Assembly (NCBI RefSeq): GCF_000155895.1
Contig: NZ_DS995298.1
Span: forward strand, 330,001 to 362,000
Reading direction: 5' to 3'
Length of the DNA: 32,000 nt
DNA from: Candidatus Pelagibacter sp. HTCC7211
Lineage (GTDB): Bacteria; Pseudomonadota; Alphaproteobacteria; Pelagibacterales; Pelagibacteraceae
Shown: positions 23,801 to 32,000 of the stretch, one piece after another
How the letters are laid out: the number at the start of each line of letters is the position of its first letter
How positions within the stretch are numbered: the first letter of the stretch is position 1
Notes under the pieces: model-generated
The model's database searches: none
Told to the model about the DNA's origin: nothing
The model's input: the letters and a program-made list of their open reading frames with translations, nothing else
Program-made: the position numbers and the translations under genes

Positions 23801-25240
23801 TCAATTTCTCCAAAATGAGGGTAAAAACAACACTAATATTGCAAACAACTCAAGTCTACCTAAAATCATTCCTACCGTTAAAACCCATTTAGAGATATCT
23901 GGTAATGATGAAAAATCTCCATTAGGACCAATTATAGGCCCTAAACCAGGACCAACATTTGAAATTGAAGTAGCTGCTCCAGAAATTGCTGTGATAAAAT
24001 CAAGCCCTGTTAATGACAATATAGCAGCAAGTATAAAGAAAATTACGAAATAAAAATATATAAATGAAATTATGGATGCAATAAATTTATCATCAACTGA
24101 ATTTTGATCATACTTAATCACAAAAACTCCTTTGGGATAAATAATTTTTTTTAATTGATTAGTTATGAATAAATATAAAATTTGAACTCTAAAAATTTTA
24201 ACTCCGCAGGTAGTTGATCCTGCACACCCACCTATAAACATTAAAGCAAAAAATAATGTCAAAGGAAAGCTTCCCCATCCATCAAATTCAGCACTTACAT
24301 AACCTGTTCCAGTTAAAATTGAAATTGTATTAAAAGAAATTGATCTTAAACTAAATTCATTGCCATTAGTTAGTAATAGGTAAATTGAAAGTATAATAAT
24401 AGTTGTAATGATAATTTTAATAAAAGTTTTTATTTGAATATCTCTTAAAAAAATTTTTTTATCACCACTTATAAATTTAATATAGGCAATAAAAGGTAAA
24501 CTTCCTAAAATGATAAATATCATTGATGATATTTCTATTGGGACACTATTAAAATAACCTATAGATTGATTGTAATTAGAAAAACCGCCAGTTGCTATTG
24601 TAGTCATAGAGTGGGTTAAACTATCAAATTTTCCCATTCCAAATATCCAATAGGTAAATGCACAAAGTACAGTTAGACCAAAATAGATATAAATTAATCT
24701 TAATGCTATTTCTTTAGACTTTGGAAGTATCTTTTCAGATGAATCATTACTTGATATTTTAAATAATTGCATACCTCCAACGTTCATTATTGGCATAAGT
24801 GTAATTGCCATTACAATTATTCCAATGCCGCCTAGCCATTGAAGGATAGCTCTCCATAATAAAATTCCTTTAGGTGTATTTTCTAAATTAGAGATAATTG
24901 TAGAACCAGTGGTAGTAATACCAGACATACTCTCAAAAAAAGCATCAGTAATTGTAAGTTCAATAGTTGAAAATATAAAAGGAAGAGATCCAAAAATTGC
25001 TATGTTTAGCCATGATAGAGCTGTTAATAAAAAAGCCTGTTGTAAATTTAATTTTTTATCATGATCTAGATTTGATAAAAAAAATAAAGTTCCAAAGACA
25101 ATTGTTACTATTGAGGCACCAAAGAATGAGGAGTCCACTTCAGAATAAACAAACTGAGCTATTATAGGTATGAACATTGATACACCTAGAATTATTTGCA
25201 AAATTCCAAGTGTAAAAAAAACAGTTTTATAATTAGACAT
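23801..25240 (-). CDS. trkH: Trk-type potassium uptake protein TrkH
   Basis: 479-aa polytopic membrane protein with repeated pore-loop-like segments (SGITTTGST, TIATGGFSN, LTGTGYV, NVGPGLG) characteristic of TrkH/KtrB. Confidence 0.9.
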   Translation of the reverse strand: MSNYKTVFFTLGILQIILGVSMFIPIIAQFVYSEVDSSFFGASIVTIVFGTLFFLSNLDHDKKLNLQQAFLLTALSWLNIAIFGSLPFIFSTIELTITDAFFESMSGITTTGSTIISNLENTPKGILLWRAILQWLGGIGIIVMAITLMPIMNVGGMQLFKISSNDSSEKILPKSKEIALRLIYIYFGLTVLCAFTYWIFGMGKFDSLTHSMTTIATGGFSNYNQSIGYFNSVPIEISSMIFIILGSLPFIAYIKFISGDKKIFLRDIQIKTFIKIIITTIIILSIYLLLTNGNEFSLRSISFNTISILTGTGYVSAEFDGWGSFPLTLFFALMFIGGCAGSTTCGVKIFRVQILYLFITNQLKKIIYPKGVFVIKYDQNSVDDKFIASIISFIYFYFVIFFILAAILSLTGLDFITAISGAATSISNVGPGLGPIIGPNGDFSSLPDISKWVLTVGMILGRLELFAILVLFLPSFWRN

Positions 25241-25280
25241 TTTGAAAGAACATTATTTTATGGTAAATAAATTTCAACTC

Positions 25281-25327
25281 TATAAGAATTAATAAAATCG
25301 CTAATTTAAGATTTTTTATAAGAATTA
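25281..25327. repeat. exact 11-bp direct repeat TATAAGAATTA (25281-25291 and 25317-25327) in the trkH/lysK divergent spacer
   Basis: Read directly from the sequence. The copies start 36 nt apart, and the second ends 3 nt before the lysK ATG. Confidence 0.6.
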
Positions 25328-25330
25328 TTC

Positions 25331-26893
25331 ATGATTAAAAAAGAAAATTTAGACAAAACAAGTGCATGGCCTTTTGTGGAAGCAAAAAAAATGCTTCGTG
25401 AAAGAAAGTCTTTTATTGAAAAAAAAGGTAAGATCACACTCCAAACAGGTTATGGTCCAAGCGGACTTCCTCACATAGGGACATTTGGAGAGGTAGCGCG
25501 TACATCAATGATGGTTAATGCCTTAAATCAATTAATAGATTTACCAACTGAAATAATAACATTTTCAGATGATATGGATGGATTAAGAAAAGTTCCAGAA
25601 AACGTTCCTAATCAAAAACTACTAAATGATAATCTTCATAAACCATTAACGCAGGTCCCAGATCCTTTTGAAAAATTTAATAGTTTTGGAGAGCATAATA
25701 ATGAAATGTTAAAAAATTTTTTAGATAGTTTTAAATTTAAATATAATTTTCAAAGTTCTACAGATCTCTATAATAGTGGTTTCTTTAATCCAACATTAAA
25801 AATTATTTTAGATAATTATGAAGGAATTATGAATATTATAATTCCCACTTTAGGCAAAGAACGTCAGCAAACTTATTGCCCATTTCTACCAATATGTCCT
25901 GATACAGGGCATGTTTTAGAAATACCTCTATTAGAAATCGATAAAGAAAAATCTAGAATTATTTTTGATAATAAAGGAAAAAAATTAGAAGCTAGTATCT
26001 TAGATGGAAATTGTAAACTACAATGGAAAGTCGATTGGGCAATGAGATGGTATGCACTCGATATAGATTTTGAAATGTATGGTAAAGATTTAATTGAGAG
26101 TGCAATTTTATCGACAAAAATTATTAATTTAATCGGTAAGAAAAATCCATCTGGATTTGCTTATGAGTTATTTTTAGATGAAAAAGGCGAGAAAATTTCT
26201 AAATCAAAAGGTAATGGTATTACCATTGATCAATGGTTAAATTATGCTTCTCCAGAGAGTTTGTCTTTATATATGTATCAAAATCCAAAGAGAGCTAAAA
26301 AACTATATAATGAAATAGTACCCAAGGCTGTTGATGATTATTTAGACTGTATTGAAAAATCAAAAAAACAAAATGAACTGCAGTTATTAATGAATCCCGT
26401 ATGGCACGTGCATAATGGAAATATTCCAAATGAAGATATAATTATGACATTTTCAATGCTACTCAACTTAGTTGAAACCAGTAATGCTGATAGCAAAGAA
26501 TTATTATGGAAATTTGTTAAAAAATACAAGTCAGATATTGATGAAAAAAAATTTCCAATTTTTGATGGACTTGTTGGACATGCAATTAAGTATTTTAATG
26601 ACGTTATTAAAGCTCAAAAAAAATACAAATCACCAAGTGAAAATGAAAAATTGGCTTTGCAGGCTTTAGTAAAAACTTTAGAAAAATGTACAGATGAAAT
26701 GTCTCCAGAAGATATACAAACTCTGATTTATTCAACTGGTAAAGAAAATGGTTATGCTGAAAATTTAAGAGATTGGTTTAAATTGATTTATGAGGTGGTT
26801 TTTGGAGATGAAAATGGACCTCGAATGGGATTTTTTATTAGTTTTTTTGGTGTTAAAGAAACTAAAGAGCTGTTAATAAATAAACTTAAATAA
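25331..26893 (+). CDS. lysK: lysyl-tRNA synthetase, class I
   Basis: Class I signatures PHIGT (HIGH-like) and KISKSKG (KMSKS-like). About 520 aa with the overall LysRS-I layout. Confidence 0.92.
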   Translation: MIKKENLDKTSAWPFVEAKKMLRERKSFIEKKGKITLQTGYGPSGLPHIGTFGEVARTSMMVNALNQLIDLPTEIITFSDDMDGLRKVPENVPNQKLLNDNLHKPLTQVPDPFEKFNSFGEHNNEMLKNFLDSFKFKYNFQSSTDLYNSGFFNPTLKIILDNYEGIMNIIIPTLGKERQQTYCPFLPICPDTGHVLEIPLLEIDKEKSRIIFDNKGKKLEASILDGNCKLQWKVDWAMRWYALDIDFEMYGKDLIESAILSTKIINLIGKKNPSGFAYELFLDEKGEKISKSKGNGITIDQWLNYASPESLSLYMYQNPKRAKKLYNEIVPKAVDDYLDCIEKSKKQNELQLLMNPVWHVHNGNIPNEDIIMTFSMLLNLVETSNADSKELLWKFVKKYKSDIDEKKFPIFDGLVGHAIKYFNDVIKAQKKYKSPSENEKLALQALVKTLEKCTDEMSPEDIQTLIYSTGKENGYAENLRDWFKLIYEVVFGDENGPRMGFFISFFGVKETKELLINKLK

Positions 26894-27945
26894 TGTTCTC
26901 AAAGATTAGATCTTTAATATTTAAAATAGATCCTGAAAAAGCACACACTTTAGCAATTAAATCATTAAAATTAAATTTAGTTTCAAATATATTTGATGAC
27001 CATAAAAATGATCCACTTTTTAAAACTAAAATATTTAATAAAGAGATAGATAATCCAATAGGAATGGCAGCTGGTTTTGATAAAAATGCTGAAGTTTATA
27101 ATGCTTTATTTAGACTGGGTTTTGGTTTTGTAGAAGTCGGCACTATCACTCCCTTAAAACAGTATGGAAATCCTAAACCGAGAGTTTTTAGACTTGTAGA
27201 AGATGAAGCTTTAATTAATAGATTAGGATTTAATAATCATGGAGCAAAAATTATTTATGATCGTATAAAATCAAAAGATAAATTGGGATTAGTTGGTGTT
27301 AATATAGGACCCAACAAAGACTCAAATGATAGGTTGAATGACTATCTAATTGGTTTAAAAACTTTTCATGAAGTTGCAGATTATGTAACAGTAAATATTT
27401 CGTCTCCAAATACAGAAAATTTGCGAACTTTTCACGAAGAAAATAAATTACAGGAATTATTAAAATCAATTCTAAAAGAAAAAAATGATTTAAATTCAGA
27501 TATTCCAGTAGCAGTAAAAATTTCACCAGATATAGATGAAAGCCAAATTAACTTAATTTCAGAAATTCTTTTGGAAAATAAAATAGATGCTATTATTATT
27601 TCTAATACTTCGGAAGCTTCAAGAGATATACTAATTGATATTCAAAGACATCAAAAGGGAGGATTATCTGGAAAACCCATTGAGACAAAATCAAATATTT
27701 TAATTAATAAATTTTACAAATTATTGAAAGGTAAAATAAAAATTATAGGAGTAGGTGGTGTTGACTCTGGACAGGCAGCATACGATAAATTTATTGCTGG
27801 TGCAGATCTTATTCAGCTGTACACCGGAATGGTTTTTAAAGGTCCAAATGTTGCTGGTATTATAAAAAAAGATCTAAAAGATTTGTTATTGAGAGATGGA
27901 GTTAAGAATTTCACAGAAATTATAGGAAATAAAACCTTATCTTAA
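26893..27945 (+). CDS. pyrD: dihydroorotate dehydrogenase (quinone), class 2
   Basis: [23 protein letters not shown] (catalytic Ser type), GGLSGKP and IGVGGV blocks. The start overlaps the lysK stop (TAATG). Confidence 0.93.
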   Translation: MFSKIRSLIFKIDPEKAHTLAIKSLKLNLVSNIFDDHKNDPLFKTKIFNKEIDNPIGMAAGFDKNAEVYNALFRLGFGFVEVGTITPLKQYGNPKPRVFRLVEDEALINRLGFNNHGAKIIYDRIKSKDKLGLVGVNIGPNKDSNDRLNDYLIGLKTFHEVADYVTVNISSPNTENLRTFHEENKLQELLKSILKEKNDLNSDIPVAVKISPDIDESQINLISEILLENKIDAIIISNTSEASRDILIDIQRHQKGGLSGKPIETKSNILINKFYKLLKGKIKIIGVGGVDSGQAAYDKFIAGADLIQLYTGMVFKGPNVAGIIKKDLKDLLLRDGVKNFTEIIGNKTLS

Positions 27946-27956
27946 ATCTATTAAAC

Positions 27957-27985
27957 TTGACGCATTCAAGATCTCACCTTATATA
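27957..27985 (+). promoter_or_regulatory. candidate sigma70-type promoter for rpmB
   Basis: TTGACG (27957-27962), 17 nt spacer, TATATA (27980-27985). The -10 ends 12 nt before the rpmB ATG, which implies a very short leader. Confidence 0.5.
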
Positions 27986-27997
27986 GGCACTGTTATT

Positions 27998-28309
27998 ATG
28001 TCAAAAAAATGCGAATTAACGGGAAAAATCCCAATGAAGGGTCATAATGTTAGTCATGCTAACAATAAGACTAAAAGAAGATTTTTGCCTAATCTAAAAA
28101 AAGTAAAATTTACAAGTGAGCTAATGAAAAGAAGCTTAAAGCTAACTGTCAGCAACGCAGGTGTAAGATCAGTTGATAAAAAAGGTAGTTTTGATGAGTA
28201 TCTTAAAGTTGTTAAAAATAAAAACTTATCGCCAAGACTTAAAAAATTAAAAAAAGGGATTTTAATTAAATCACCATTTAAGAAAAAACCGGTAGCTAAA
28301 ACTGCATAA
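27998..28309 (+). CDS. rpmB: 50S ribosomal protein L28 (with C-terminal extension)
   Basis: [10 protein letters not shown]...[19 protein letters not shown] is a canonical L28 N-terminus. Confidence 0.93.
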   Translation: MSKKCELTGKIPMKGHNVSHANNKTKRRFLPNLKKVKFTSELMKRSLKLTVSNAGVRSVDKKGSFDEYLKVVKNKNLSPRLKKLKKGILIKSPFKKKPVAKTA

Positions 28310-28863
28310 TGAATAAACTGTTTTTATTACTCTCATTTTTTATGGGAGTAGTTGTTTTATCTTCTAATTATTTAGTTCAGTTCCCAATTAAATATTATGG
28401 TCTTGAAGAAATACTAACTTATGGTGCTTTCACTTATCCAATTGCATTTTTAATTACTGATCTAGCAAATAGATCTTATGGAAAATTTATAGCTAGAAAA
28501 ATTGTTTATATTGGTTTTGCGATAGGTGTTAGTTTTACTCTTCTATTTTCAACTAATTTTACAGATTTAATTTCTGTAAGAATTGCAATTGGATCTGGAA
28601 CAGCTTTTTTAGTTGCACAATTAATAGATGTACAAATTTTTGATAAACTAAGAAAAAAAAGTTGGTTTGTTGCACCACTCACTTCATCATTTATTGGATC
28701 AACAGTTGATACTTTTTTATTTTTTTCTATATCTTTTTATGGAACAGGAATTCCATGGATCACATTATCTCTAGGTGATTTAATGGTAAAAATATTTGTA
28801 GCTTTAATAATGCTAATACCTTTTAGATTATTATTGGGTACTCTTAAAACTGTTAAAGCTTAA
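28309..28863 (+). CDS. yhhQ: YhhQ/DUF165-family membrane protein (queuosine-precursor transporter family)
   Basis: 184-aa polytopic protein. The blocks TYPIAFLITDLANRSYGKFIARK and STVDTFLFF resemble the YhhQ family from memory; this was not verified by search. The start overlaps the rpmB stop (TAATG). Confidence 0.7.
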   Translation: MNKLFLLLSFFMGVVVLSSNYLVQFPIKYYGLEEILTYGAFTYPIAFLITDLANRSYGKFIARKIVYIGFAIGVSFTLLFSTNFTDLISVRIAIGSGTAFLVAQLIDVQIFDKLRKKSWFVAPLTSSFIGSTVDTFLFFSISFYGTGIPWITLSLGDLMVKIFVALIMLIPFRLLLGTLKTVKA

Positions 28864-29735
28864 AGTAAAAATTTATACGATAAGATTTTATAAGCTAATT
28901 TTGCTACAAGAAAGTTATATGAATTGAATCCTTTTATAGGAGCTAGTTCATTAATATCTGCTCCAACAATTTTTGAATTTTTAGCGGCTATTTTAATAAT
29001 ATTTAAAGTTTCATCCCATAGTAATCCACCTGGTTCAGGAGTACCAGTTGCGGGCATAATACTCGAATCTAATCCATCAACATCAAAAGTAAGATAAACT
29101 GTTTTATTTTTAATTAATTTTTTAAATTTATTTAAATTCCATTTACTTTTATCCTTTGCCCAAAATATATCTATTCTAGAGGAATTTTTTTTTAAAAAAG
29201 GAATTTCACTTTGTGAAATATTTCTTATTCCAAATGAAATTACTGAAACATTTGAATAATCCAAACACCTTCTAATAGCGGAAGCGTGTGAAAATTTTTC
29301 CTCATTATAACTTTCACGCAAATCTGCATGAGCATCAAAGTGTAAAAGACAAATATCTTTAAATTTTTTAGTAAAAGGATCAATACATCCTGGGGTAATT
29401 GAGTGTTCACCACCAAAAGTAATTGGAAAAAGATTTTTATCCAAAATCTCTTGATTAATTTTGGACATTTTATTTAGAGCTTTTTTGATATTTTTATCAA
29501 TTTTAAATGGTTTTAAAGTTTTAATTCCAATTTTTTTGTAAGGTTCACAATTTAGCTCTTCATCATAAAGCTCAACTTGATGTGATGCTTTAATAATTTC
29601 TTTTGGTCCATTTTTAGTTCCACCACCATAACTGACAGTTTTTTCAAGGCCAAATGGAACAACAACTACTTTCTCTTTAAAATTGACCTTGTTATCAATT
29701 CCTAGAAATCCATTTTTATTAGAAAGATATTTCAA
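28860..29735 (-). CDS. speB: ureohydrolase of the agmatinase/arginase family (agmatinase-like; true substrate uncertain)
   Basis: Mn-binding motifs GGEHSIT, HFDAHADLR and FDVDGLDSS, plus TGTPEPGGL. The start is TTG (codon 29733-29735), 2 nt after the upstream stop. No in-frame ATG precedes the conserved FLG segment. Confidence 0.85.
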   Translation of the reverse strand: MKYLSNKNGFLGIDNKVNFKEKVVVVPFGLEKTVSYGGGTKNGPKEIIKASHQVELYDEELNCEPYKKIGIKTLKPFKIDKNIKKALNKMSKINQEILDKNLFPITFGGEHSITPGCIDPFTKKFKDICLLHFDAHADLRESYNEEKFSHASAIRRCLDYSNVSVISFGIRNISQSEIPFLKKNSSRIDIFWAKDKSKWNLNKFKKLIKNKTVYLTFDVDGLDSSIMPATGTPEPGGLLWDETLNIIKIAAKNSKIVGADINELAPIKGFNSYNFLVAKLAYKILSYKFLL

Positions 29736-29737
29736 TT

Positions 29738-30781
29738 TTATCTAAATATTTTTGTAAAGTTTTTTCTATCTCTGTTTTTCCATTCACCTTTGTGGTAAGC
29801 GTCACTAGCTATTAATGGCAAAACACTTGTTGCTTCAGCAAATACCATTTGTTCTTTAGTAATATCTACTTTACCCCAAGAACTTGCTTCTTTTAAAGTT
29901 GAACTGCTACACGCACCATCTCTGCTATCAGCAACTGTAATTTGAACGGCATATTTATGCATATCAACTTCTTTACCTAAAAGTTCAGCACATATTACAG
30001 TGTCTTGAATAAAATTTTTTGGAACACCTCCTCCAATCATAAATAATCCTGAGCCTTTAGATTGAATTTTGATTTCTGTAAGTTCTCTAAATTCTCTAAT
30101 AGAATCGATTGTCATATGTTTTTTAGGGTTTTTTTCTTGATGTATTACTAAACCAAATCCAGCACTAGAGTCTGTAAAAGCAGGACAAAAAATTGGGACA
30201 TTATTGTCGTAAGCTATTTCAATTAAAGAGTCTTTCTTCTTAGAATTTTTTTTTAAATATTTGCCCATTTCAAATATAAATTCTCTTGATGTGTAACTTT
30301 TTGGTTCTAATGTATCTGCAATCTCACAAATAATTTTATCACACATTTGTAACTCTTCTTCATCAATATAAGTGTCATAAATCCTATCAATATAATTATT
30401 TCTTAATTCGGTATCATCCTGAAATTGAGAACCTTGATAATGTTTAAATCCAAGTGCTTCAAAAAAATCCATATCAACAATAGAAGCTCCAGTTGCAACT
30501 ATTGCATCTACCATATTGTATTTAACTAAATCTTTATAAATATTCATACAGCCCGCAGCAGATGTAGATCCCGCTAATGTTAAAAATATAGTGCAATCTT
30601 TATCTTTTAGCATTTCGTTATAAATATTTGCAGCATTGGCCGTTTCTCTTGAAACAAAAGACATTTTTTCCATTGAGGAAATTATCTTCCTAGCATCGAA
30701 TGAAGTAATATCAATATGTTCAACTGGATTTTTTAAAAAGTCTTTTTTACTGTTATGACCTAGGTTTTTGTTATCAGACAT
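29738..30781 (-). CDS. deoxyhypusine synthase-like protein (aminobutyl transferase family; possible homospermidine synthase)
   Basis: DHS-family layout, with C-terminal EASSWGK matching the EAxSWGK block that holds the catalytic lysine in eukaryotic DHS. NAD-binding-type segments are present (LAGSTSAAG, ATGASIVDMD, GGGVPKN). Confidence 0.85.
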   Translation of the reverse strand: MSDNKNLGHNSKKDFLKNPVEHIDITSFDARKIISSMEKMSFVSRETANAANIYNEMLKDKDCTIFLTLAGSTSAAGCMNIYKDLVKYNMVDAIVATGASIVDMDFFEALGFKHYQGSQFQDDTELRNNYIDRIYDTYIDEEELQMCDKIICEIADTLEPKSYTSREFIFEMGKYLKKNSKKKDSLIEIAYDNNVPIFCPAFTDSSAGFGLVIHQEKNPKKHMTIDSIREFRELTEIKIQSKGSGLFMIGGGVPKNFIQDTVICAELLGKEVDMHKYAVQITVADSRDGACSSSTLKEASSWGKVDITKEQMVFAEATSVLPLIASDAYHKGEWKNRDRKNFTKIFR

Positions 30782-31965
30782 TAAGCAACCAAAGTAGCTT
30801 TGTTACTGTCTTTATCGTACATTGTTAAAATAGGTTGATCTTCCACTTCATATATTTCATCAGAATAATAACCATTGAACTGAGTTCTAAATGTTAATCC
30901 ATAAGCACCAAGTTGACCAAGTTCGATATAATCATTTTCTTTTATATTGTTAGGTAACAAAAAAGGACCCTTCATATAATCCATGCTATCACATGTTGGT
31001 CCAAAGAAATCAAAAGCTGTAAGCTTTTTAGAAATTATTTTGTTTGTATTCTCTTTAATCATCTTAGATGGAAATACAATATTCGGAGTACCAGCATCAA
31101 ACAATGTCCCATAAGTTCCATCATTTATATATAGTTTTTGTTTTTTTCTTAAATTTACTTTTATAATAGTAGAACCACTTTCAGCCACTAAAGCTCTTCC
31201 TGGTTCACAAATAATTTCTGGTAAATTTTCAAGTTTTAAATTATCTAAACTTTTTTTAATTTCATTAAAATAGTTTTCCATAGTTTGAGGTATTAAGTCT
31301 GGATAAATAGTTGGAAATCCACCACCAACATTAATATAGTCTGGTATAATCTTTGTTTTTTTTATTATATTTCCTATATCACTAATTCCTTTAGCGTAAG
31401 AAATTGGATGCATGCATTGAGATCCGACATGAAAACTTAAACCAATCTTTTTAGAATATTGTTTAACAAGCCTCAACAAACCTGCAGCTTCAGAACTCAA
31501 AGCACCAAATTTCTTAGATAAATCTATTTCGGCATGTTCATTGGAAACTGCTACTCTTACAAATAACTCTAAGTCTTTAGCATTATTTGTACTTTCAATA
31601 ATTTTTATTAATTCATCTTTAGTGTCTAGTGAAAAAGTTTTAATTTCATATTTAAAGTAAGCTTCTTTAATACTTTCTCTACTTTTAACAGTATGCATGT
31701 AGGAGCATTTGGCAGTTTGACTATATTTTCTGATAGCTTTGATTTCTTCAATAGATGCGACATCAAATTGATCTACCCCACTTTCAATTATTTGCTTGAT
31801 AACTACTGGATGAGGATTAGTTTTTACCGCATACAATATTTTACCTGGGAATTTATTTTTGAAAAATTTAGTTGCAGATTGAATAGAATTCTTTCTGATA
31901 CAGTATACAGGTTTTTCAGGTTTCAGTTGATTTACTAACTCTTCAACTGATTTAAATTTTTGCAT
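30781..31965 (-). CDS. alanine-racemase-fold PLP decarboxylase, ornithine (or lysine/ornithine) decarboxylase type
   Basis: PLP lysine in YAVKTN, FHVGSQC, GGGFP, EPGR and the active-site cysteine block GPTCDSMD. I prefer the ATG at 31965 (MQKFKSV...), which has GGAGG 8 nt upstream. The listed start at 31980 is a TTG. Confidence 0.88.
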   Translation of the reverse strand: MQKFKSVEELVNQLKPEKPVYCIRKNSIQSATKFFKNKFPGKILYAVKTNPHPVVIKQIIESGVDQFDVASIEEIKAIRKYSQTAKCSYMHTVKSRESIKEAYFKYEIKTFSLDTKDELIKIIESTNNAKDLELFVRVAVSNEHAEIDLSKKFGALSSEAAGLLRLVKQYSKKIGLSFHVGSQCMHPISYAKGISDIGNIIKKTKIIPDYINVGGGFPTIYPDLIPQTMENYFNEIKKSLDNLKLENLPEIICEPGRALVAESGSTIIKVNLRKKQKLYINDGTYGTLFDAGTPNIVFPSKMIKENTNKIISKKLTAFDFFGPTCDSMDYMKGPFLLPNNIKENDYIELGQLGAYGLTFRTQFNGYYSDEIYEVEDQPILTMYDKDSNKATLVA

Positions 31966-32000
31966 TATTAATGCCTCCAAAAAAAATTTAACAAAAAAAA

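Noticed and set aside
26338-27526. ORFs 26338-26529 (-), 26472-26669 (+, alternative frame) and 27299-27526 (-) inside lysK and pyrD
   Set aside because: Embedded in conserved genes, with N/K/L/F-rich composition-driven translations and no signals.
27956-27970. Hairpin CTTGA-cgcat-TCAAG after pyrD, considered as an intrinsic terminator
   Set aside because: 5-bp stem with no U-tract. It overlaps the better-supported -35 element of the rpmB promoter.
31693-31938. Plus-strand ORF opposite the decarboxylase gene
   Set aside because: Antisense shadow of a gene that has all the PLP-decarboxylase motifs.

Overview
This window looks like a core chromosomal segment of a very AT-rich, streamlined alphaproteobacterium. 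The best fit is the SAR11/Pelagibacterales type. That call is an inference from gene content, alphaproteobacterial synteny, a class I LysRS and extreme gene packing; no search was run. I call 34 protein genes and no tRNA, rRNA, CRISPR array, IS element, integrase or recognisable defence or toxin genes. By my count from the ORF coordinates about 640 nt (about 2%) is non-coding. Only five spacers exceed 50 nt. Layout: the plus-strand block 1-10488 holds sucA(3' part)-sucB-lpdA, priA and the F1 ATP synthase operon atpHAGDC. The minus-strand block 17022-10481 holds rplU-rpmA-obg-proB-proA-nadD-rsfS-ctpA-rppH. The minus-strand block 19526-17088 holds metX-metW-gloB behind a candidate SAM-II-like riboswitch. 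After these come hisC-tyrA (+), NlpC/P60-ampG-trkH (-), lysK-pyrD (+), rpmB-yhhQ (+) and a minus-strand polyamine operon (ODC, deoxyhypusine-synthase-like, agmatinase-like). I see no accessory island and cannot honestly claim a new system. The items most worth follow-up are the ODC/DHS-like/ureohydrolase operon, whose pathway logic is unclear, and the metX leader RNA. The others are a cytoplasmic SH3b-NlpC/P60 gene nested in the end of ampG, and three convergent gene pairs whose stop codons share a TTAA palindrome. Several automatic ORF starts were revised (proA, ampG, ODC).
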